Source of the DNA: an uncultured Spirochaetales bacterium
Lineage (GTDB): Bacteria; Spirochaetota; Spirochaetia; Sphaerochaetales; Sphaerochaetaceae
Assembly (NCBI GenBank): GCA_949295125.1
Contig: CASFJV010000052.1
Coordinates: forward strand, 5,686 to 69,685
DNA length: 64,000 nt
Direction: 5' to 3'
This document shows, piece by piece, positions 1-8,737 of this stretch. The notes under the pieces were generated by a model. That model had not been told where the DNA came from. It did not search any database and worked only from the letters and a program-made list of their open reading frames with translations. Position 1 is the first letter of the stretch. Each line of letters opens with the position of its first letter. The position numbers were made by a program, and so were the translations under genes.

Positions 1-1
1 T

Positions 2-154
2 CTTCTCCTTTCCTTTGCAGCCGGCGCAATGTTCTATGTGGTGGTAGAGGAACTGATCCCGGAGGCTTCTGAGGGAGAGCACTCAAACATAGGAACTGTC
101 GGAGCAGCATTTGGCTTTGCTGTAATGATGCTTCTTGACGGGATATTCGGATAA
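2..154 (+). CDS. ZIP-family (ZupT-like) metal transporter, C-terminal fragment cut by the window edge
   Basis: Open frame from the window edge to TAA at 152-154. It translates ...FAAGAMFYVVVEELIPEASEGEHSNIGTVGAAFGFAVMMLLDGIFG, which looks like the last TM helices of ZIP/ZupT proteins. Confidence 0.6.
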   Translation, partial: LLLSFAAGAMFYVVVEELIPEASEGEHSNIGTVGAAFGFAVMMLLDGIFG

Positions 155-179
155 TGCAAATCCCTTGTGATTTTGAGTA

Positions 180-216
180 TTGACATCATTATAACAATGT
201 TATATAACGCTGTTAT
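180..216 (+). promoter_or_regulatory. Candidate promoter plus two abutting ATAAC-N3-GTTAT operators for the tetR-family gene
   Basis: TTGACA at 180-185, a 17-nt spacer, then TATAAC at 203-208. Palindromes ATAACAATGTTAT (191-203) and ATAACGCTGTTAT (204-216) end one base before the ATG at 217. There is no Shine-Dalgarno sequence. Confidence 0.5.
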
Positions 217-828
217 ATGAGTGATACAGAGAGAATTATCCTTGAAAAGGCGAAAGAGGAATTCCTTGAAAGGGGGTTTAACGGAACCTCCATGAGGAGG
301 ATTGCCTCTCTTGCCGGTGTGACAACAGGAGCCCTTTACGGCTATTTCGCGTCAAAGGAGGAAATATTTGATGAGCTTGTAAAGGATGCCTATGATGCTG
401 TGATGGATGCATATAAGGGTGCCCATGAAAAGTTCAGGGCCCTGCCGTATGAACAGCAGGTTTCAGGCATGGGCAGCATTACGTCTCTCACGGTAGAGTG
501 GTGCATCGGGTATATTTATGATCATCTGGATGAGTTCCGCCTAATCCTTATGTGCTCTGAAGGCACGCGGTATTGCAATATGGTTGACGAGATGATGAAG
601 ATAGAGGAGGAAGCAACGGATGAATTCATGGCTCTCATGAGGACTAACGGGCAGGATATTCCGGATGTGGATCCACTTCTTGAGCATATGATCACATCAG
701 GATATTTCACATCCTTTTTTGAGATTGTAAGGCACTCTGTCCCACGGGATGAGGCATTCAGTTACATACGTGATCTCCAGGCTTTCTATAAGACTGGCTG
801 GGAGCGTCTTTTCGGAATGAGGCTGTAG
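217..828 (+). CDS. TetR/AcrR-family transcriptional regulator
   Basis: 203-aa ORF. The N-terminal HTH (RRIASLAGVTTGALYGYFASKEEIF) is typical of TetR family proteins. It lies directly upstream of two ABC exporter genes. Confidence 0.9.
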   Translation: MSDTERIILEKAKEEFLERGFNGTSMRRIASLAGVTTGALYGYFASKEEIFDELVKDAYDAVMDAYKGAHEKFRALPYEQQVSGMGSITSLTVEWCIGYIYDHLDEFRLILMCSEGTRYCNMVDEMMKIEEEATDEFMALMRTNGQDIPDVDPLLEHMITSGYFTSFFEIVRHSVPRDEAFSYIRDLQAFYKTGWERLFGMRL

Positions 829-854
829 AGTCTCTTTTTTTTATGCGAATTAAA

Positions 855-870
855 GTTAGATTAATCTAAC
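855..870. promoter_or_regulatory. Perfect 16-bp palindrome GTTAGATTAATCTAAC, candidate operator
   Basis: Self-complementary 16-mer located 14 nt upstream of the ABC gene ATG at 884. Near-identical copies occur at 5439-5454 and 5523-5538. Confidence 0.5.
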
Positions 871-883
871 TATGGAGGATAAA

Positions 884-2638
884 ATGAAACACAATTCGGA
901 TCTTGACCGCCTTCTGCGGTATGCGCTCAGATACAAGGTTCTTATATACCTTTCATGGGTATTGTCAGCGCTTTCTGCCATTATTGCGCTTCTTCCGTTC
1001 ATATGCATCTACCTGATAATCCGGTCTGTGCTGGCTGGGGAGGATGGTGAGATCACCACGCTTGGGCTGTATGCTGTCCTGCTGGCAATATTCTCAATGG
1101 CGTTGTACATAGCAGCTCTCATGTGCTCCCATGCCGCAGCATTCAGGGTTGCGGCAAATATGAGAAAGGATATGCTTTCCCATATTGTGAGGCTTCCGGT
1201 AGGCACAATAGACAAATTCGGAAGCGGCAGGCTGAGGAAGATAGTGAATGACTCGAGTGCAGCTACGGAGACTTACTTGGCTCATCAGCTTCCTGACAGG
1301 GCAGGGGCTATGGCAACTCCTGCAGCACTCATCATGATGCTGCTGTGGTTTGACTGGAGGCTTGGGCTCCTGTCTCTTCTTCCGGTTGCACTTGGTTTCC
1401 TGATCATGATGAGGATGACTGGAAAGAAGATGCAGGAGAAGATGACGCAGTACCAGGATGCTCTTGCCGACATGTCAAACCAGGCAGTGGAATATGTCAG
1501 GGGAATTCCTGTCGTGAAGACTTTCGGTCAGACTATCCATACATTCAAGCTGTTCAAAGGTTCGATAGACCGCTATGAGAAATGGGTAACAGCATACACA
1601 AGGGAGCTAATGAAGCCGATGGTGATCTATACGGGTGCAATTAACAGTTCGTTTGCTTTTATCGTTGCCGGGGCTTTCCTTCTCTCCTTTAGGACTATCA
1701 CGCCTGAGATCATACTGAATGTGATTTTCTATGTGATAATCACCCCGGTTATCTCCATCACGCTCACAAAAATCATGTTCAAGAGCGAAGAGGCGATGAT
1801 AGTCCACGATGCATTGATGAGAGTGGATTCTGTTATGGATGAAAAGCCGCTTGGCTCAGCCTATAATTCCCTCACCCCATCCGGCAGTTCAGTGGAAATA
1901 GAGCATGTCACATTCAGCTATGATGGGAAGAAAGATGCACTTTGTGATGTGTCGCTTGAGATAGGAAGCGGATCACTTGCTGCTTTTGTAGGTCCATCGG
2001 GCAGCGGTAAGACAACGCTTGCTTCCCTGATTGCACGATTTTTTGATCCCCAGAGCGGTGTCATAAGGATAGGTGGGGTTGATATAAGGGATATCCCGAA
2101 GCAGAGGCTCATGCAGTATGTTTCCTTCGTATTCCAGGACAGCCATCTGATAAAAGGGACCATCAGGGAAAATGTCAAGCTTGCGCGCCCTGATGCAAGT
2201 GATGAAGAGGTCATGGAAGCCCTCAGGAAGGCAGAGTGCATGGATATCATGGAAAAGCTGCCTGATGGACTGGATACAGAACTCGGAACGGGTGCCGTAT
2301 TCCTTTCCGGAGGAGAGAGGCAGAGAATAGCCATTGCAAGGACCATACTGAAGGACTCTCCTGTCATAATCCTCGATGAGGCTACAGCATTTGCCGATCC
2401 TGATAACGAGGTCAAGGTGCAGAAAGCCTTCTCTGCAATGCTCCAAGGGCGGACCGTCATAATGATTGCCCACCGCCTCTCTTCAATAACTGATGCAGAT
2501 AAGATATTCGTCATCTCGGATGGAAGCATTCAGGAAGAAGGGAATTTCAATGAGCTTATTGGGAATAATGGCATGTTCAGATCCATGTGGAATGACTATA
2601 TGTCATCAGTCCGCTGGAAAGTGGGAAAGGGGGCATAA
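884..2638 (+). CDS. ABC exporter, fused permease/ATPase half-transporter (multidrug/lipid type)
   Basis: N-terminal multi-TM domain followed by an NBD with Walker A GPSGSGKTT, signature LSGGERQR and Walker B IILDEATA. I prefer the ATG at 884 over 872 because GGAGGA lies at 875-880. Confidence 0.9.
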   Translation: MKHNSDLDRLLRYALRYKVLIYLSWVLSALSAIIALLPFICIYLIIRSVLAGEDGEITTLGLYAVLLAIFSMALYIAALMCSHAAAFRVAANMRKDMLSHIVRLPVGTIDKFGSGRLRKIVNDSSAATETYLAHQLPDRAGAMATPAALIMMLLWFDWRLGLLSLLPVALGFLIMMRMTGKKMQEKMTQYQDALADMSNQAVEYVRGIPVVKTFGQTIHTFKLFKGSIDRYEKWVTAYTRELMKPMVIYTGAINSSFAFIVAGAFLLSFRTITPEIILNVIFYVIITPVISITLTKIMFKSEEAMIVHDALMRVDSVMDEKPLGSAYNSLTPSGSSVEIEHVTFSYDGKKDALCDVSLEIGSGSLAAFVGPSGSGKTTLASLIARFFDPQSGVIRIGGVDIRDIPKQRLMQYVSFVFQDSHLIKGTIRENVKLARPDASDEEVMEALRKAECMDIMEKLPDGLDTELGTGAVFLSGGERQRIAIARTILKDSPVIILDEATAFADPDNEVKVQKAFSAMLQGRTVIMIAHRLSSITDADKIFVISDGSIQEEGNFNELIGNNGMFRSMWNDYMSSVRWKVGKGA

Positions 2639-4368
2639 TGATGTTGGAAAGGCTTGAAAAGGCATTTGCGCTCTCAGAAAAAGGAGCAAAGGATTCCGTA
2701 AAGGGATTTATCGCATGTGCAGTGCATAACCTTACGCTGTTCATTCCTGTTAGCATTCTCTACTGCCTTGTATCTGATCTCATGAACGGAACCCTTCATG
2801 GACACGGGCTATGGTATGCATTGTCTTCTGCCGCTGCGGTCATACTCATAATGCTCTCGTATGGCTGGGTGTACCGGGCAACATATTTCTCTACATATGT
2901 GGAAAGCGGGGTAAGGAGGATAAGCATTGCAGAGAGGCTGAGGAAAATTCCACTTTCGTATTTTGGGAAAAAGGATCTTGCAGATATAACAAGCACAATC
3001 ATGTCTGATGCTGCAACCCTTGAAACCGGACTTTCGCATTATGTTCCTGAGCTTATCGGGTCGATTATTTCAACAGCCATAGCAGCAGTCTCAATCCTTT
3101 TCATTGACTGGAGGATGGGACTCTCTGTCCTCTGGCCGCTTCCGGTTGCTGTCTTCATAGTGGTGTTTTCAAGGAAAATCCAGCAGGGCCTTGCAAGACG
3201 GTCAATGGATGCGAAGATGGAGACTGTTGACGGGATACAGGAGTGTATTGAAACGGTAAAGGACCTGAAGAGCTGCAATGCAGAGCAGGCATACCTTGAT
3301 GGATTGTTCTCAAAGATAGATAAGGTTGAAAAGAGGGCGATAATATCAGAAGCCGGTACAGCTGTCTTTGTGGTATCTGCTTCATTCATACTGAAAATCG
3401 GTATTGGCACTGCAGCCCTTGCTGGATCCATCCTTCTTTCCAGCGGGCAGATAAGCGTGATGGCATTCTTCCTTTACCTTCTCATAGCATCCAGGATATA
3501 TGATCCGCTTCAGAGTGCCCTCCAGAACCTCGCGGCAGTCATTTCCCTGAGGACGAATGTCGAGAGGATGGATGATATCCTCTTCCATCCTCTCCAGGAA
3601 GGAAGCCGGGAACTGACAAACAGTGGATATGACATAGAGTTCAAGGATGTCTCGTTCTCTTATGGAAATAATGAGCGGGTTCTCTCAGAAGTCTCGTTTA
3701 AGGCAAAACAGGGGGAAGTCACCGCCCTTGTCGGACCTTCCGGAGGGGGAAAGACGACTGTATCGAGGCTTGCAGCAAGGTTCTGGGATATAGATTCAGG
3801 GCAGATAACAGTAGGTGGAATGGATATAGGGAAAACTGATCCTGAAGCCCTCCTTTCCCTATACTCTATAGTGTTCCAGGATGTCACGCTTTTTGATAAC
3901 ACAATAATGGAAAACATAAGGATCGGCAGGCGTGGCGCAAGTGATGAAGAGGTCATAGAGGCCGGAAAAATGGCACAGTGCATGTCATTTGTAAATAAGC
4001 TTGAGGATGGATGGAACACGATGATCGGCGAGAATGGGCATGAGCTCTCCGGCGGAGAGAGGCAGCGCATATCCATTGCACGCGCATTCCTCAAGGATTC
4101 GCCAATAATCATCCTTGATGAGGCAACGGCATCACTGGATGCGGAAAATGAGACTGAGATACAGAAGGCTCTCTCAAAGCTAATAAGGAATAAGACCGTG
4201 CTTGTCATTGCCCACAGGATGAGGACTGTAGAGAATGCAGATAAGATCATAGTCCTCTCTGGTGGCCGTGTGATAGAGGAGGGAAGGCCTGAGGATCTTA
4301 TGGCCGGAAACGGCACTTTTGCCCATATGGTTGCCCTGCAGAAGGAAAGCAGTGAGTGGAGGCTCTGA
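2638..4368 (+). CDS. ABC exporter, fused permease/ATPase half-transporter (partner of the upstream gene)
   Basis: The start overlaps the upstream stop (ATAATG). Walker A GPSGGGKTT, LSGGERQR and IILDEATAS are present, after an N-terminal TM domain. Confidence 0.9.
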   Translation: MMLERLEKAFALSEKGAKDSVKGFIACAVHNLTLFIPVSILYCLVSDLMNGTLHGHGLWYALSSAAAVILIMLSYGWVYRATYFSTYVESGVRRISIAERLRKIPLSYFGKKDLADITSTIMSDAATLETGLSHYVPELIGSIISTAIAAVSILFIDWRMGLSVLWPLPVAVFIVVFSRKIQQGLARRSMDAKMETVDGIQECIETVKDLKSCNAEQAYLDGLFSKIDKVEKRAIISEAGTAVFVVSASFILKIGIGTAALAGSILLSSGQISVMAFFLYLLIASRIYDPLQSALQNLAAVISLRTNVERMDDILFHPLQEGSRELTNSGYDIEFKDVSFSYGNNERVLSEVSFKAKQGEVTALVGPSGGGKTTVSRLAARFWDIDSGQITVGGMDIGKTDPEALLSLYSIVFQDVTLFDNTIMENIRIGRRGASDEEVIEAGKMAQCMSFVNKLEDGWNTMIGENGHELSGGERQRISIARAFLKDSPIIILDEATASLDAENETEIQKALSKLIRNKTVLVIAHRMRTVENADKIIVLSGGRVIEEGRPEDLMAGNGTFAHMVALQKESSEWRL

Positions 4369-4389
4369 CTTCCAGGTATTCCAGTCAGC

Positions 4390-4423
4390 ATGCTGCCTTG
4401 CCATCTTACAGGCAGGGCAGCAT
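4390..4423. terminator. Long stem-loop between convergent operons (13-bp stem, no clear U-tract)
   Basis: ATGCTGCCTTGCC (4390-4402) pairs with GGCAGGGCAGCAT (4411-4423), allowing one G-U pair. It lies 22 nt after the ABC stop codon. Confidence 0.45.
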
Positions 4424-4434
4424 ACCATTAGAAA

Positions 4435-4452
4435 AGGCCGGTTTCCCGGCCT
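4435..4452 (-). terminator. Rho-independent terminator for the flavodoxin operon
   Basis: AGGCCGG / CCGGCCT stem with a 4-nt loop, followed on the minus strand by TTTT. It lies 13 nt beyond the flavodoxin stop. Confidence 0.55.
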
Positions 4453-4464
4453 GGAAGATATTCT

Positions 4465-4884
4465 TCATGAGATGAGCGAATTGGCAGCTTCTTTCAAGGA
4501 ATTGATTGCATCCTCATCCGGTGCTTCATTCGCGATCACAGGATCATGGGATAAGACTATTCCATCTGCCCTGCATCTTTCCTCCCAGTTCCTCATCCAG
4601 TCCCCATCTCCCCATCCATATGAGCCAAAGAGAATTGCCTTTTTCCCTGAAAGGGATCCTTCGACTGATGAGAACATAGGCTCAAACACATCCTCTTCAA
4701 GCACTTCAGCTCCCATAGCTGGGCAGCCGAACGCGAATGCATCGTAGCCTTCCACATCACCCGGCCCGAAAAGTGAAGGATCGATCGTATCGACTTCAGC
4801 TTTTCCCGATAGTTCTTCTGCTATGGCATTTGCCATTGCTTCCGTATTACCTGTACTGGAATAGTATACAAGTGCTACCTTCAT
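4465..4884 (-). CDS. Short-chain flavodoxin
   Basis: 139 aa. The MKVALVYYSSTGNTEAMA FMN-phosphate loop and acidic composition are typical of clostridial-type flavodoxins. Confidence 0.85.
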   Translation of the reverse strand: MKVALVYYSSTGNTEAMANAIAEELSGKAEVDTIDPSLFGPGDVEGYDAFAFGCPAMGAEVLEEDVFEPMFSSVEGSLSGKKAILFGSYGWGDGDWMRNWEERCRADGIVLSHDPVIANEAPDEDAINSLKEAANSLIS

Positions 4885-4893
4885 TGTTCCTCC

Positions 4894-5424
4894 TCAGGCT
4901 GTAACGCACAGCCTTGTTATTTCTGTTCCGCTAAGAAAGCATTCAATATACTTCCTGCGGCACTTTGTCCATTTCTGCAGTATTTCAAGGGCTCCTTCCT
5001 TGTCAGAATACACTTTCCATACCCCTGAAAAGATTGCATTTTCTCCCTTGTTCTCGATGAATCCCTGCACATCGCCTGGAGGATATCCGAGAAAAAATCC
5101 AACCTCATGGGGACAGTCAGTGATGAGGAATCTCCTGCTCAGCTGATCAAGCATCTCTTCAAGGGTTCCATGGTAGCCGAATGCGGAAAGGATATTCCTT
5201 GAAAGCGGATTCTGAAGCGCCTCTTCAAGTTTCTTCCTCCTGTAGATTAAAATGAGGCTGACACCTTTTGCCGTAGTGATTGGAAGGAATGACAGCCCTC
5301 TTTGCCTCAGTTTTTCCATGCATGATGTGCATGCCGGGAGATTTTTCAGTGAGATGAGGGATGAGGGTTTCATATTCGCAAGAGTGGGGGATGCATGCAT
5401 TACAAGCATTTGCTCAAAACTCAT
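4894..5424 (-). CDS. DUF3793-like protein
   Basis: 176-aa ORF, 9 nt upstream of the flavodoxin gene. It resembles the DUF3793 family, which often accompanies flavodoxin in anaerobes. This is recognised from memory only. Confidence 0.5.
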   Translation of the reverse strand: MSFEQMLVMHASPTLANMKPSSLISLKNLPACTSCMEKLRQRGLSFLPITTAKGVSLILIYRRKKLEEALQNPLSRNILSAFGYHGTLEEMLDQLSRRFLITDCPHEVGFFLGYPPGDVQGFIENKGENAIFSGVWKVYSDKEGALEILQKWTKCRRKYIECFLSGTEITRLCVTA

Positions 5425-5438
5425 TTTCTTCTCCGTTT

Positions 5439-5454
5439 GTTAGAATAGCCTAAC
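5439..5454. promoter_or_regulatory. GTTAGAATAGCCTAAC, operator-like dyad in front of the DUF3793-flavodoxin operon
   Basis: GTTAG-N6-CTAAC arms, 15 nt upstream (minus-strand sense) of the start at 5424 and just beyond its GGAG SD. Confidence 0.45.
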
Positions 5455-5522
5455 TTAATTTCCGAAATACTTGCCCCTCAATTCATGAAATCCAGGGGGA
5501 TAGAAGAATGATAGCATATTTT

Positions 5523-5538
5523 GTTAGATTATTCTAAC
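5523..5538. promoter_or_regulatory. GTTAGATTATTCTAAC, second operator-like dyad
   Basis: 15 of 16 positions are identical to the palindrome at 855-870. It lies about 100 bp upstream of the DUF3793 start. Confidence 0.45.
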
Positions 5539-5666
5539 TATTTTTTGCATGTTTTAGACATTTTTAATATTTTCATATAAAATAATGAATTAATGCTAAC
5601 TGTAAAGCGGCGGGGGAGTGCAGGGAGATGATGGGAAATGGCAAAATGCCTTTCATGAAGGAGGGA

Positions 5667-6137
5667 TTAGACAAGTTCTATCATTCCGCGTTCCTTTTTC
5701 AGCAGTCCCTTTTTCTCAAGGCTTTCAAGGCATCTTGATACAACTTCCCTCCTTGTGCCATTGTCAAGGGCAATCTCTTCATGGGTTGTAATGAGAGGCC
5801 CTCCATCTCCTATCTCCCTCAAGTATGAGAGTATCCTCTCTTCCATCGTAAAGAACGAGATGGCCTGGAGCTTGTTGATCATCAGCTCAAGGCGCTTTGC
5901 AAGTATCCTGTCTATGTCACGACAGAGTTCAGGATAATGCCTTATGAGAGCATTGGCCGCATCGTTTGGTATATGGATAAGTGTGGTTTCCATTGCGCTC
6001 CTGAACGAGACGTTGAGCCGCACATTTGAAAGGATAACAGGACTTGTGAGGTCAATGCAGTCCCCTCTGGGAATTGAATATACAAAGAGCTGCTTTCCTC
6101 CCTTGAAGGCATATGCCTTGATCTTTCCTTCCTTCAC
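5667..6137 (-). CDS. Crp/Fnr-family transcriptional regulator (the annotated part starts at the first GTG; the homologous frame continues upstream to about 6341)
   Basis: C-terminal HTH (TTHEEIALDNGTRREVVSRCLESLEKKGLL) and a cNMP-binding-like beta-roll (SLFLVKEGKIKAY). The frame stays open for 68 codons upstream with no ATG, GTG or TTG. Confidence 0.75.
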   Translation of the reverse strand: MKEGKIKAYAFKGGKQLFVYSIPRGDCIDLTSPVILSNVRLNVSFRSAMETTLIHIPNDAANALIRHYPELCRDIDRILAKRLELMINKLQAISFFTMEERILSYLREIGDGGPLITTHEEIALDNGTRREVVSRCLESLEKKGLLKKERGMIELV

Positions 6138-6551
6138 AAGGAAAAGACTCTTGTGTACTTCTACAACGCAAGTGAGAATGAGGACAGGACGCTTTTGACA
6201 AAGCTTGAACTCTTTAGCAGGGAAAAGGGCCTTGAGATGGCTGTAATTGACTGCTATAAGAGCGATAAGATAAGAAAGGTCCTTGGCGGTGGTGAGACAC
6301 CTAGCCTCTCTTATTAAGAGAATGGAGTGATGAAAGCTAAATCATGTTTGAGGGAGAATTCTGATGTCTCATTCCTTGATGGCTTAATCTGATTGCATTG
6401 ATGCCAATTTATAGAAGGGGCTGTCCAAAAAGTCTGATGACTTCTGCCGCAGCTCCTTTTCTGTTTTGAGACTGGAGAGTACCACATTCTGGAGCAGAAC
6501 AGTTTATTTTCTGTTAATCTTCTTCTGTTATCATATAAGAAGGAGAAGAGC

Positions 6552-8015
6552 GTGAATATAAGGAAGAAGCTGATTGTTTCCAACCTGATGATGATCATAA
6601 TACCTGTCATAGCATCTGCTGTTGCAGGGCTTTGTGCCATCGGAATCATATGGCATGTCATGCATCATGGATCTGGAGTCGGAGTTGATGATGCTGAGGA
6701 TTTCAGCCTGCTTTCGCGCATTGCCGCTTCTTATGTAAGCGATGTCCTTAAGAAGGAGATATCTCCGCATACGTCGGCTCTTTCAGAATTGATAGATGCC
6801 AATACGATGTATCTGCTGATTTCCCGCAATGGAAGGGAAATATATTCTTATGGAACCAGGGAGATGCGTGACAGCATCCTGATGGATGCCGCATCTTCCA
6901 TCCCCGGCAATGACATAATAATCTCGGAAGGCGGAAGGAATATGTATAGGACAATCATCACTCTGGAGGATGGAAACTATGAAGTTATACTTTTCGCAAC
7001 CACCAATGAAATGGAAACCAAGGCTTTCCGTATGGCAGCAAGAACTGCGTGGATCATACTGATTCTCACTATAGTGATCTCTGTTTCCCTTACCAACCAT
7101 TTCATTTCAAAGTCACTTTTCCGCCGCATTGTCACACCGCTCGATAAGCTTGCAAAGGGGGCAAGTGAACTCGGGGAGGGCAATCTGGATTACAGGATAA
7201 CGTATTCTAGGGATGATGAATTCCGGCCAATCTGCCTCCTTTTCAATAAGATGGCAGAAAAGCTGAAGGAGCTTGTGGAGAGGACGAGAAGCGATGATGA
7301 GAGCAGGAAGGAGCTTATAGCTGGAATATCGCACGACCTGAGATCCCCTCTTACTTCGATACAGGCCTATGTTGAAGGGCTGGAGGATGGTGTTGCGTCA
7401 ACTCCTGAGATGAGAAAGCGCTATCTCTCCGTAATAAACAGCAAGGTAAGGGATATCGACTCCCTTGTATCTGACCTCTTCCTTTTTTCAAAGCTCGATC
7501 TCAATGATTATCCGGTAGAGCTTGAAACAGCATCCATAGGGAATGCCATTGAAGCTTTCATAAGCCAGCATAATGCAGAATATGAGCAAAGGGGGCTGTC
7601 CATAAATTTCCCCCTGGTGGATTCAGGCATTGAGGCTGTCTTTGACAGGACCCTCTTAGCCAGGGTAATGCAGAATATCGCAGATAACAGCGCCAAATAT
7701 AAGAGCAATGAGCATGGAAACCTGTACATTGATGTGAAAGAGGGAAAAGATCATGTAACCATCGCATTCTCTGATGATGGAAGAGGTGTGGATGATGATG
7801 AGTATGAACGCCTTTTTGATGTGTTCTACCGAAGTGACGGGGCAAGGAAGAGGCCATCTGATGGAAGTGGCCTTGGCCTTGCGATATCAAGGAAAATGGT
7901 AAGCCGGATGAATGGACGGATCAGGGCGGAAAAAAGCGTGTACGGAGGGCTTGCCATAGTAATGGATCTTGAAAAAGGAGAAAAAGATGAAAAACATCCT
8001 GATAATAGAAGATGA
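6552..8015 (+). CDS. Sensor histidine kinase (2 TM, HAMP, HisKA, HATPase_c)
   Basis: GTG start after AAGGAGAAG. H-box ELIAGISHDLRSPLTSIQ, N-box NIADNSAKY, G-boxes DDGRGV and GSGLGLAIS. Confidence 0.9.
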   Translation: MNIRKKLIVSNLMMIIIPVIASAVAGLCAIGIIWHVMHHGSGVGVDDAEDFSLLSRIAASYVSDVLKKEISPHTSALSELIDANTMYLLISRNGREIYSYGTREMRDSILMDAASSIPGNDIIISEGGRNMYRTIITLEDGNYEVILFATTNEMETKAFRMAARTAWIILILTIVISVSLTNHFISKSLFRRIVTPLDKLAKGASELGEGNLDYRITYSRDDEFRPICLLFNKMAEKLKELVERTRSDDESRKELIAGISHDLRSPLTSIQAYVEGLEDGVASTPEMRKRYLSVINSKVRDIDSLVSDLFLFSKLDLNDYPVELETASIGNAIEAFISQHNAEYEQRGLSINFPLVDSGIEAVFDRTLLARVMQNIADNSAKYKSNEHGNLYIDVKEGKDHVTIAFSDDGRGVDDDEYERLFDVFYRSDGARKRPSDGSGLGLAISRKMVSRMNGRIRAEKSVYGGLAIVMDLEKGEKDEKHPDNRR

Positions 8016-8670
8016 TGAGGACATTGCAGCAATTGAGAGGGATTATCTGGAGATATCCGGATATAAAGTGACTATTGTTGCTGACGGAAGTGAAGGGCTT
8101 GAGGAAGGGAAAAGCCTCAAATATGACCTTATACTCCTTGATGCGATGCTTCCATCCCTTGATGGCTTTACAATATGCCGGGAGCTCAGGAAGAGGATAG
8201 ATATCCCAATTCTGATGGTAACTGCAAAAAGGGAGGATATTGATAAGATCAGAGGGCTGGGCCTTGGGGCTGATGACTATATTGAAAAACCGTTTTCCCC
8301 GTCTGTCCTGGTGGCAAGGGTACAGTCCCATCTTGCCCAGTATGAGCGCCTTAAGGGAGGGAAGGCAAAAGCTGAGATATGCATACGGGATGTGGTCCTC
8401 AATACGGAGACTCACAGATGCCATGTGAAGGGCAGGGAGATCAGCCTGAAGAACAAGGAGTATGAACTCCTCCTTTTCCTTATGATGAATGCAGACAGGG
8501 TTTTTACAAAGGAAGAACTCTACGGGAAAGTCTGGGGGCTTGATGCCATGGGGGACAATACCACGGTTGCAGTTCATGTAAACAGGCTCAGGGAGAAAAT
8601 GGAGGATGATCCCTCAGATCCTGAGTATATAAAGACTGTCTGGGGTGCAGGATACCGCTTCTGCGTTTAA
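7987..8670 (+). CDS. OmpR/PhoB-family response regulator
   Basis: MKNILIIEDDEDI receiver domain (the phospho-Asp lies in LILLDAMLP) plus a winged-helix C-terminus (TVWGAGYRF). The ATG at 7987 follows AAGGAG at 7975-7980. The gene overlaps the kinase gene end. Confidence 0.9.
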   Translation: MKNILIIEDDEDIAAIERDYLEISGYKVTIVADGSEGLEEGKSLKYDLILLDAMLPSLDGFTICRELRKRIDIPILMVTAKREDIDKIRGLGLGADDYIEKPFSPSVLVARVQSHLAQYERLKGGKAKAEICIRDVVLNTETHRCHVKGREISLKNKEYELLLFLMMNADRVFTKEELYGKVWGLDAMGDNTTVAVHVNRLREKMEDDPSDPEYIKTVWGAGYRFCV

Positions 8671-8737
8671 AATTAATTTAAATTCAGTTTCTTTATTCTT
8701 TACAATTGTTTGCCATCCTAAGGATAGGAGGCAATAA

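Noticed and set aside
1918-2529. 203-aa and 166-aa minus-strand ORFs inside the first ABC gene. Similar ORFs occur at 3660-4391 inside the second ABC gene.
   Set aside because: They are antisense to genes with unambiguous ABC motifs. Their translations are low-complexity (Ser/Pro/Leu-rich) with no recognisable domain. These are typical shadow ORFs.
4319-4747. 142-aa plus-strand ORF spanning the ABC/flavodoxin gap
   Set aside because: It runs through two terminator hairpins and antisense to the flavodoxin gene. It has no SD and a Ser/Pro-rich translation.
6314-6661. 115-aa minus-strand ORF overlapping the kinase start
   Set aside because: It is antisense to the kinase N-terminus and out of frame with the Crp-like gene. 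It has no domain signature.
7921-8577. 218-aa minus-strand ORF across the response-regulator gene
   Set aside because: It is antisense to a clear OmpR-family gene, and its translation has no recognisable family features.
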